The notes under the pieces are model-generated. The model saw nothing but the letters and a program-made list of their open reading frames with translations, searched no databases and had not been told where the DNA came from. A program made the position numbers and the translations under genes. A stretch of DNA of 62,753 bases, counting the filler, from Candidatus Woesearchaeota archaeon (GTDB lineage Archaea > Nanobdellota > Nanobdellia > Woesearchaeales > BM511), in assembly GCA_023266675.1 (NCBI GenBank). It is 3 parts of 3 records of this genome, joined end to end, with 100 filler letters (N's around TTAATTAATTAA, not from the genome) between each part and the next. Parts side by side here need not be neighbours in the genome. Positions count along the whole stretch, not along the records: positions 1 to 28,227 come from JAHFPP010000009.1; 2 more parts are not named here. One strand, given 5' to 3'. Positions 17,467 to 25,424 of this stretch are shown piece by piece. How positions within the stretch are numbered: the stretch's first letter is position 1; every line of letters starts with the position of its first letter.

Positions 17467-20466
17467 ATGAAATTAAATAAAAGAGGGTTTTCAGTACTTG
17501 TAGCGATGATACTCGGATTAATTTTAATCCTAATTATGATACCTGTTGTGAAATATGTTAAAGATTCTAGCGACTCAAAATTCTTTCAGGACCAAGGGAT
17601 AAATCCTAAAGATGATTTTATACCATTTAATTATAATTCTAAAATACTTGGAGACGATAAAATTGCATTAGCATCTTTTGATCTTTTAACTGAAGCAATA
17701 AATTCTGTAGCACAAGGAAAAACAGTTGATGCCTCAACAAGTGCAGATTCCGGCGTTTATGTTAGTTTCACAGGAGAATTTGAAGCAGGAGTTAAAGGCG
17801 GGCAAAAACAAAAAGAATTTTGTTCATTCTATCTGACAAAAACAGGTTCACAATCATATAATTGTAAAGATTATTTTGACAATAAACAAAATAATGTAAA
17901 TGATAATCTCAGAGATAAAATACCTTATGATATTAATGGATTGTATACTTTTAATGTTGCTACGGAGAAAGGAGAATGCAAATTTCCTGATGGATATGAG
18001 TATGAGGTATCAGACTTAAAAACTAGAGGAGATATGGATAGTTGCTCAGATGCACCTAATTTTGTAATATGCAACGGCTACAAAGTTTCATATTGTGGAA
18101 AAGCGGCATGGAACATAAAAGTTTATGTTGAAAAAACAAGTGCTGAAAATAATTTTTCAGTAAAAACCTGGGACAGTTCTTTGACAAAAACAGCAAATTT
18201 CATTAAAAAAGGATTAAGCAAAATAGCTATTAATCCTATAAAACCATCAACCGCTTTTTGTGATGGCGGGAAAATTGTTGACTTGGGAAACAATAAATCG
18301 ATGTGTTTAAATTGTGACCCTACAAGAAAAAAATGTGATTTAATCGGATTTGAACTTCCTCAAAAGATAAATCAAACCGGCATTGAAAAATGGCTTCAAG
18401 GATATGGAGACCCAAAATATATTGTATATTATGAAATGTTTCCACAAGGCGAAGAGGATGCTTGGCAGATAAGTAAAGCAACAACTGCGTCAATAGTATT
18501 GACAACGGCATCAGTAACATTAGATATGTTACCTGCTGTCGGAAAATTAATTTCAACATCAACGAAAATGTCAAAATTTTTTGAACCGGTAAATACGTGG
18601 TGGACTAATATTAAAGCAAAAACAGTTGGGAAAGCGAAAGATGCAGTTGTTAATGGAATTAGAACTATTTTAGATAATCCTTCTACTGAAGAAATATTAA
18701 GCAGGGCTATGAAAATTGCAATATCTGATGGGTCTGCAGATGCTATGATATCAGTTAATAAAGGACTAGTCAGTCAAGAAGTCCGTAATTCTCTTAATAG
18801 CGTAAATAGAAATTTAGGTTCTAAATTAACTAAAAATTTTTATGATGATATTTCAAGTGTAAGCAGTAAATATGTTGATAGTACAGGCGAAATTATGGGA
18901 GATTATGCTTTAAAATTTCCTAAAGAGGCATCAGATTTGCTTAGACAAAAATTAAAACAAGATCAAAATTTAATAAAATATTTAGAAAAACAATATGTTA
19001 ACAGTCCAAACAAACAACAATTAATTGATGAAACAATTGAAAAAACTGCAATTAATTTTGAAAAAAACTTTGCAAATGAAGCAAAATTAATTACTAAAGA
19101 GAATTTGGATATTATAAGATTTCAAAAAGGATTGACTTCTCAGGATAGATATTTTGTTGAAACTTTTAAAAATATGTTTCAAGCCCAAAAATCAGGAGGA
19201 AGTATCTTCTATAAACTTGATGAGAAAGCTTTTGATGATATAGCTGTAAAACTTGAAAAAACTTTAAGTTCACCCGATTTTTCTCGTGAGGCTAAACAAG
19301 CCTTATACGAAAGAGCACAAAAAATGGAAGCAAAAATGCTTATAGAAAAAGGAGATGATTTAGCCATAAATAAATTTGCATTTATACTTGATGATGTTGG
19401 AGCAGATATTACTTCTATAGCTCCACAAATAGATGCAGTAGCTGCAAAATATACTACAAAAACAATTTATGGTCAAGTAGTAGATGGAGCATCAGCAACT
19501 GGAACAACCGTGTGGAATAATAAAGGAAGGATGTTTTTTGCCACAGTAATTGCAATGTATGCTGCGCAGATGGACAAAATAAATGAGAAATATACACCTT
19601 CTGGTGTCAATAAACTTTCATTATCCACAGTCTCATTAGCAGAACAAAAAAGATCAAACTCTTTAGATGCGGCTAATGATTATTTTATAAGAATTGATAA
19701 AGGAAGAGGAAGCACTAATACAGACAGGTTCTTTTTAGCATCTCCATGTAAAACAGATTTGGACATTAGAATAGAAAAATGCAGTTGTGCAGTTGATGAT
19801 ACAATAACCAATATTAATGGGCAATGGACAGGATATCTCATTAAGACAAAAACAGGGTATATACCAGTAAAAAATGTAAATCCAAAAAATGGAGATTATT
19901 ACATTTTATCATTTGATAAAACAACTGCAAAAGATACACCCTCATATTCAGTATCAAGTGAGATAACAGGAGGTGTAACTCCTGATGTTTATGATACCTC
20001 AACTTTTGGAAGCAGAGATTATCCTGTGTTAGTCAATAATCCCTCATTAACGCAGTTTGCTGTTAAAGAATGCAACAGCAGGGGATGGTGGAGTAAAAAT
20101 GTATTCAATGGAGATAATGTTAATATTGATACTGGTTGTATAACTATTTCAGAATCATCTAATTCATTGGATGGAAAATACTATAATTACAATAATGAGT
20201 ATAATTTTTGCTATTCGTCAGCAGATTATCAAGAATGGAAAGATATAATATTAACCGCTCAAGTAGGTCTTGCAGTTGGCACAGTTGGTACAGGAGGTAC
20301 AGGAGCAATTATTGCAGGACCATTAAATGTTATGTTAACTTTTGGTGAAATTGCTCTTGATAAATCTTCAAAATGGCCAAATAATATAGACCACAAGAAT
20401 AATTATGTTGCTAAAGATAAATGGGATGATTCATTAAATGTCGCAGGACCTGTAGTCATGCCATAA
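17467..20466 (+). CDS. 999-aa class III signal-peptide protein (giant pilin-like surface protein)
   Basis: KRG|FSVLVAMILGLILILIMIPVV; two Cys-rich regions flanking a Cys-free charged core; Gly-rich hydrophobic segment near the C-terminus. Confidence 0.8.
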   Translation: MKLNKRGFSVLVAMILGLILILIMIPVVKYVKDSSDSKFFQDQGINPKDDFIPFNYNSKILGDDKIALASFDLLTEAINSVAQGKTVDASTSADSGVYVSFTGEFEAGVKGGQKQKEFCSFYLTKTGSQSYNCKDYFDNKQNNVNDNLRDKIPYDINGLYTFNVATEKGECKFPDGYEYEVSDLKTRGDMDSCSDAPNFVICNGYKVSYCGKAAWNIKVYVEKTSAENNFSVKTWDSSLTKTANFIKKGLSKIAINPIKPSTAFCDGGKIVDLGNNKSMCLNCDPTRKKCDLIGFELPQKINQTGIEKWLQGYGDPKYIVYYEMFPQGEEDAWQISKATTASIVLTTASVTLDMLPAVGKLISTSTKMSKFFEPVNTWWTNIKAKTVGKAKDAVVNGIRTILDNPSTEEILSRAMKIAISDGSADAMISVNKGLVSQEVRNSLNSVNRNLGSKLTKNFYDDISSVSSKYVDSTGEIMGDYALKFPKEASDLLRQKLKQDQNLIKYLEKQYVNSPNKQQLIDETIEKTAINFEKNFANEAKLITKENLDIIRFQKGLTSQDRYFVETFKNMFQAQKSGGSIFYKLDEKAFDDIAVKLEKTLSSPDFSREAKQALYERAQKMEAKMLIEKGDDLAINKFAFILDDVGADITSIAPQIDAVAAKYTTKTIYGQVVDGASATGTTVWNNKGRMFFATVIAMYAAQMDKINEKYTPSGVNKLSLSTVSLAEQKRSNSLDAANDYFIRIDKGRGSTNTDRFFLASPCKTDLDIRIEKCSCAVDDTITNINGQWTGYLIKTKTGYIPVKNVNPKNGDYYILSFDKTTAKDTPSYSVSSEITGGVTPDVYDTSTFGSRDYPVLVNNPSLTQFAVKECNSRGWWSKNVFNGDNVNIDTGCITISESSNSLDGKYYNYNNEYNFCYSSADYQEWKDIILTAQVGLAVGTVGTGGTGAIIAGPLNVMLTFGEIALDKSSKWPNNIDHKNNYVAKDKWDDSLNVAGPVVMP

Positions 20467-20482
20467 TAATCAGGGGTATAAA

Positions 20483-21301
20483 TTGGAAAAACAACTTTCA
20501 GAATATATTAAACAACAGTTAAAACAAAAACAAAAACCAAAAGAGATAGTATCCTCCCTAATGAAAAATGGATATGATGAAAAAGAAGCTAAACATAAAG
20601 TGCATTTTATAATAATTTTAAAATATCTTAAACTACTAGGAATCATACTCTTTTCAATTGTAATTCTTAGTTTTTTATTTATTTGGTTATATTTTACATT
20701 AACTGAAAAAACAATTCCTGTTAAAGAAATGTACCCTTCTAAACCAGAAAGCTGGATTGTAAAAACTGAAAATAATCAAAGTTTAGTTGATGTATCATCA
20801 ATAACTAAAGGTAACTCTTATTTTGAAGGTTTAAAACAAGTATACACAATTCCGTTTACAGATTTAACAACAATTTTTGAGGTTAATGGTTATTACAAAG
20901 GTACATATTTTTATGACTCTTATAATAAGGGAAACAAAGATTTAATGAGAATAACAAGCTCAATGAATCCAAGTGATGGGGTTATTGAAGGGTTCATTGT
21001 TGAAAGAATTAATGATTATAAAATAAATAATGTAACAGCTTTTATTTTTGTTGATTCTGATTGGAAAAATGCAATGCCAAATACGAAAATTTTCTATGGT
21101 TCAAAATATCAATATACTTCCGATTTTAAATTTAATGAGATAAGTCCCGGAATTTATATGACACAGATATATGACGATCCAAACAGACATTTTGAGAATT
21201 TCAGCATAAGTTATGGAGGAATAGCTGTTGGAGATTTGACAAAAGAGGATATATTAAATAATAATATCATCAATAAAACTTTTATAAGACTTTATTCATA
21301 A
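20483..21301 (+). CDS. Single-pass membrane protein of unknown function
   Basis: Short basic/helical N-terminus, one TM segment, C-terminal soluble domain. Confidence 0.7.
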   Translation: MEKQLSEYIKQQLKQKQKPKEIVSSLMKNGYDEKEAKHKVHFIIILKYLKLLGIILFSIVILSFLFIWLYFTLTEKTIPVKEMYPSKPESWIVKTENNQSLVDVSSITKGNSYFEGLKQVYTIPFTDLTTIFEVNGYYKGTYFYDSYNKGNKDLMRITSSMNPSDGVIEGFIVERINDYKINNVTAFIFVDSDWKNAMPNTKIFYGSKYQYTSDFKFNEISPGIYMTQIYDDPNRHFENFSISYGGIAVGDLTKEDILNNNIINKTFIRLYS

Positions 21302-21347
21302 AGTGCATCCAACAGCTTTAAATAGGAGAAGCGACACAAGATTTATT

Positions 21348-21719
21348 ATGAATAAGAAAGCAGATATGTCAATAAATACAATTGTTGCAGCAGCTCTTGC
21401 ATTGATACTTCTGATAATACTAATCTTTGTATTCAAAGGTCAGATAGGTAACCTTGCAAAAGGGTTTACTACAACAGGAGATGAAGCAAAACTTGGAGCT
21501 ACTCAAACGAAATGCAGGGCAATGTTTACTGATAGAGCTTGTGAATCTGATTTAAGTAAGTTTCCAGAATATACTAAAACAGGTTCTGCTTTACCAAAAC
21601 CTTGTAAAAAATATAAACCTGACCCAGTGACTAAAAAAGATAGTCAAGAATGTCTAGATGTAGGTTGGATTGATTGTGGAAATTCCGATTGTTATGAAAT
21701 AGTTAAAAAATCAACTTAA
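21348..21719 (+). CDS. Type IV pilin-like protein
   Basis: KKA|DMSINTIVAAALALILLIILIFVF; six-Cys head; start moved to ATG 21348. Confidence 0.85.
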   Translation: MNKKADMSINTIVAAALALILLIILIFVFKGQIGNLAKGFTTTGDEAKLGATQTKCRAMFTDRACESDLSKFPEYTKTGSALPKPCKKYKPDPVTKKDSQECLDVGWIDCGNSDCYEIVKKST

Positions 21720-21853
21720 TTTCTTCTAAATTATATTAAATCACAATGTTTATTTCTTTTTTATTCTGATTTCTATTTTAAAATAGGAAACTAATCATGA
21801 AAATTAAGGTTATTTCCTATAGTTTTTTATACACCTAATTCAATCTGTACTGT

Positions 21854-23356
21854 ATGAGGATAAAAGGTTATCATTTATGGCTTTTAGCGATATTCCTAGT
21901 AGTCTTTGCTTCAAGGATGTATATTTCTTCACAGACTGATTTATTCTCTGACGATAATTCATATTTCACTTTAAGGCAGGTTGAACATATTGTTGATACT
22001 GGAAAGCCTTTGATATATGATGACTTGAGCTATGGAGGTAGAACACTTATTTTTTCGCCATTTTATTTTTATCTTCTTTCAGCGGCATATATAATCAATC
22101 ATAAGATTATAATGCTTAAAATATTTGTTAATTTGCTTGCAACACTTCTTGTTTTGGCAAGCTTTTTGATAGCTGACGAAGTCACCAAAAGCAAAAAGAT
22201 AGCGCTTGTAACAGCGTTTCTCTCAGGATTTATACCTGTGTATTTTCAGGAAACCGTAAACTCTCTATCCATTTATTCCTTAATTGTCCCATTGACATTC
22301 TTTTCAATATATTACCTAATGATGCTAAATAAGGATAAGAAATACAGCACGCATTTTCTTGTTTTATTGACGTTTCTTATAATCTCTTCGCCTACTTCAA
22401 TAATATTTGTTCTTGGAATACTTTTTTTTATAATTCTTGCAAAACTTGAAAAAATAGAACTTAACAAGGCAAACATTGAGATACTTATAGTTTCAATATT
22501 TTTCTATCTATGGCTTAATTTTATATTGTTCAAAAAAGCGATACTGTTTCATGGGCCGTCAATAATATGGCAGAATATTCCAAAAATATACCTGACTCAA
22601 TACTTTTCTGAAATTAACATATTGCAATCCGTATACCTGATAGGGGTGCTTCCTTTTGTTTTAGGTATATATTCTGCGTACATCTATGTCACACGCCAGA
22701 ATTCACTGCAAATTTACATAATAATCGGGGCATCATCATCATTGTTTCTTCTTTTATGGTTTAAACTGATACCTTTTAAGACTGGGCTTATATTTCTTGG
22801 AGCGTTTCTTGTGATACTGCTTTCACAGTACCTAAAACTGTTCTTTGATTATATTCTGCAGACAAAATTTTCAAAGTTTTCAGCATTCGCTTTTATACTA
22901 TTTATCATAATGATACTTTTATCATCAGTGTTGCCAAGTGTTGTTTTAGGATATCAAAAAATAAGTAATATACCCGAAAAAGAAACACTTGACGCATATT
23001 CATGGATTTCAAAAAACATAAACAGTACAAATACTGTTTTGGCGTTACAGGATGAAGGGCATGCACTCTCCTATTTTGGAAATGTAAAAACAGTAGCTGA
23101 CGACAATTTCATATTTGTAAAAAATATTGATCAGCATATCTATGACGTTGACAGAATATACCTTACAAGGTTTAGCGATGAATCACTTGAAATCATCCAC
23201 AAATATTATATTGATTATATTCTCATTGACAAAAAAGTAAAATTAAAATATAATTTAACTGATGTATTCTATTCAACTGATGAATGTTTTTCTCTGGTAT
23301 ATCATACCAAAGATGTAAAAATCTATAAAATATTATGCGAAGAGGAAGCAATATGA
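21854..23356 (+). CDS. GT-C fold multipass membrane protein (AglB/STT3-like glycosyltransferase)
   Basis: DDNSYFTLRQVEHI after TM1, many TM segments, C-terminal domain WI..N...VLALQDEGHALSYFGNVKTVADD...YYIDYILI. Confidence 0.65.
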   Translation: MRIKGYHLWLLAIFLVVFASRMYISSQTDLFSDDNSYFTLRQVEHIVDTGKPLIYDDLSYGGRTLIFSPFYFYLLSAAYIINHKIIMLKIFVNLLATLLVLASFLIADEVTKSKKIALVTAFLSGFIPVYFQETVNSLSIYSLIVPLTFFSIYYLMMLNKDKKYSTHFLVLLTFLIISSPTSIIFVLGILFFIILAKLEKIELNKANIEILIVSIFFYLWLNFILFKKAILFHGPSIIWQNIPKIYLTQYFSEINILQSVYLIGVLPFVLGIYSAYIYVTRQNSLQIYIIIGASSSLFLLLWFKLIPFKTGLIFLGAFLVILLSQYLKLFFDYILQTKFSKFSAFAFILFIIMILLSSVLPSVVLGYQKISNIPEKETLDAYSWISKNINSTNTVLALQDEGHALSYFGNVKTVADDNFIFVKNIDQHIYDVDRIYLTRFSDESLEIIHKYYIDYILIDKKVKLKYNLTDVFYSTDECFSLVYHTKDVKIYKILCEEEAI

Positions 23357-24795
23357 AAAAGATATTCGAACTTAATAAAAAAGCATCAATAGCAATTCTT
23401 CTCATGATATTTCTGGTTACATTTTCATTTCTTGGTGTTGCAAGATATCAAAAAAACAGTGCTTTAATTGGAGATGAATCATATTATCACCTAAGACTCT
23501 CTGAAAACATTGAAAAAAACGGATTTGAAAAAAATGGATTATCAGACAATGATTTATCATTGATTTTAGGACAGAAATATTATTTTAATCTAATTGATTT
23601 TGTTTTATCGCTTGTAAAACACAAGATTATATTCATGATAACAATTCCGCTTCTGCTTGGATTAGCCTCATTAATATTTTTTTATCTGGCACTTTCAAGG
23701 ATAGGTATAGAAAATAACCAGGTATTTTTTTCGTCAATACTCCTTATTTTGTCACCGCCTTTTATATACATATTTTCATCATATACTGTCTATCCTTTTC
23801 TTGTTTTTTTTAACATCCTTTTCCTGTTTTTATATTTAAACAACATGAAAAAGCTCTCTTTTCTGGCTATAATCCCAACATTATTTATAAGTCTCCCATC
23901 AGTATTTTTGACGTCTTTGATACTATTTTTTATCTATATATTCAATAAAAAGGACAAGCGTGAGATACTGATATCATCTTCATTATTAATATTAACCTCA
24001 TTAATAATATATTTCACCTTCTATTTTCCAAATTTTATTCCAAACAAGCTTTTTTTCTTTCACAGAAACATTTTTTCAAGAATAATATCTGACCTTGGAG
24101 CTAGCATAGGAATCAGCATATTTCATTTGGTTCTTGCATTTATCGGGCTTCTTGTAATAAAGACAAAAGAGAAAAGATTTCCAAATTACTTAATTCTTCT
24201 TTTCGCATTGATACTTTCAATATTTTTTAATCTTATAATGATATTTTTCAACTTCTTTGTGTGTTTTCTCGCATCATATTCATTATCGGAGATTTATCAT
24301 AAAAAATGGGAGATAGATGTACTAAAAAATATTACATTAATACTCATAATTTACGGTCTTTTATTTTCAAGTTTTTCTTTTCAGACAAGGTTAATCAGTT
24401 CAAGTCCTACAATTGAGGAAATAAACGCGCTAGCATTCTTAAAGGATAACCCATCTGGAGTTGTTTTTTCGCACTTCTCAAACGGCTATCAGATAGAGTA
24501 TTTTTCAGAGAAAAGCGCAATGATAGACCAAAGAATCTACACATTAAATAACGGCAAAGAATTATTGAATGATTCAAACACGATATTCTTTTCAAGAAAC
24601 ATTCAAACTACAAAGAAGCTGCTTGAGAAAAACAATATCTCTTATATTTTTATAAACAAGGAAATGAAAGACGGGCTTATATGGGACAAGCGAAATCAGG
24701 GGCTTCTTTTCCTTCTTGACAAATCTACAGATTTTAAAAATATATATGACAAAGATGAAGTGGAAATATGGCAAGTTTTATCATCAAAAAATTGA
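23353..24795 (+). CDS. GT-C fold multipass membrane protein (AglB/STT3-like), paralogue of the upstream gene
   Basis: GDESYYHLRLSENI; VFSHFSNGYQIEYFSEKSAMID...NISYIFI; ATGA overlap gives start 23353. Confidence 0.65.
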   Translation: MKKIFELNKKASIAILLMIFLVTFSFLGVARYQKNSALIGDESYYHLRLSENIEKNGFEKNGLSDNDLSLILGQKYYFNLIDFVLSLVKHKIIFMITIPLLLGLASLIFFYLALSRIGIENNQVFFSSILLILSPPFIYIFSSYTVYPFLVFFNILFLFLYLNNMKKLSFLAIIPTLFISLPSVFLTSLILFFIYIFNKKDKREILISSSLLILTSLIIYFTFYFPNFIPNKLFFFHRNIFSRIISDLGASIGISIFHLVLAFIGLLVIKTKEKRFPNYLILLFALILSIFFNLIMIFFNFFVCFLASYSLSEIYHKKWEIDVLKNITLILIIYGLLFSSFSFQTRLISSSPTIEEINALAFLKDNPSGVVFSHFSNGYQIEYFSEKSAMIDQRIYTLNNGKELLNDSNTIFFSRNIQTTKKLLEKNNISYIFINKEMKDGLIWDKRNQGLLFLLDKSTDFKNIYDKDEVEIWQVLSSKN

Positions 24796-24948
24796 ATTCT
24801 TCAATATTCTAGAATCATCCATATTTGGATGGATTTTAAAGGATTTTCCGCAATAAACACACCTTTTGACTTTATCAGTTAATATCTCTCCTTTAGGATT
24901 GCATTTCTGGTCATGATTGCATTTTGGGCACTTTACTGTTAGTATCAT
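24784..24948 (-). CDS. 54-aa zinc-ribbon protein (not in the ORF track)
   Basis: MILTVKCPKCNHDQKCNPKGEILTDKVKRCVYCGKSFKIHPNMDDSRILKNSIF*; upstream GAAGGT SD. Confidence 0.75.
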   Translation of the reverse strand: MILTVKCPKCNHDQKCNPKGEILTDKVKRCVYCGKSFKIHPNMDDSRILKNSIF

Positions 24949-24970
24949 ATTATTACCTTCTAAATAAACG

Positions 24971-25083
24971 CGCCGCGGCTGAGAGTTTCACTCAGGCACT
25001 AAGGTGCGTGCGATTTGAACTCAGAAGGCTTGGAAGCCAGCGATGTATCAGACCGCCGCGCTACCAGATTGCGCGACCGCGGC
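24971..25083 (-). tRNA. tRNA with GAT (Ile) anticodon but Ser-like body (long variable arm, G73); 29-nt intron at position 59/60 (24985-25013); CCA not encoded
   Basis: GCCGCGG TC GCGC AATCTGGTA GCGC G GCGGT CTGATAC ATCGC TGGCTTCCAAGCCTT CTGAG TTCAAA[intron]T CTCAG CCGCGGC G; upstream TATATAAA. Confidence 0.9.
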
Positions 25084-25139
25084 ATAACTTCGACACAAAT
25101 TTTATATATCACAACTATCTACTATTATTTGTATCAGAT

Positions 25140-25424
25140 CGCTGTGTTACCGGTTGTGTGACCGGTTTTCTTTTATTTTTTTAAATAAGAATTTGTTTAT
25201 ATATCTCACGCGTTCATGTCCAGTGGGTTTTCTACTATTTTTATGACGACAAAGAGATGTCCAGTGACCCGCAATAAAACATGGTTTTCTGTGCACAGAA
25301 AATGCGTTTTTACATTTTCTTGTGTTTTAATAAAGGTCAAACAAAACAGTTAGGACTATTTATCGTCGATAAATAGTCCTTATTTTCGGTGTAAACGGAC
25401 GAAATCGTTTGTCCAGTGGGTTTT
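25140..25424. repeat. Non-coding repeat/palindrome cluster, candidate replication origin
   Basis: TGTCCAGTGGGTTTT at 25217 and 25410, TGTCCAGTG at 25258; palindromes at 25285-25302 and 25352-25380. Confidence 0.5.

Noticed and set aside
24924..25184. 86-aa plus-strand ORF
   Set aside because: Antisense to the tRNA and its promoter
25352..25380. Palindrome read as a Xer dif site
   Set aside because: Arms do not show the TAA-N6-TTA centre typical of dif sites; kept only as part of the repeat cluster
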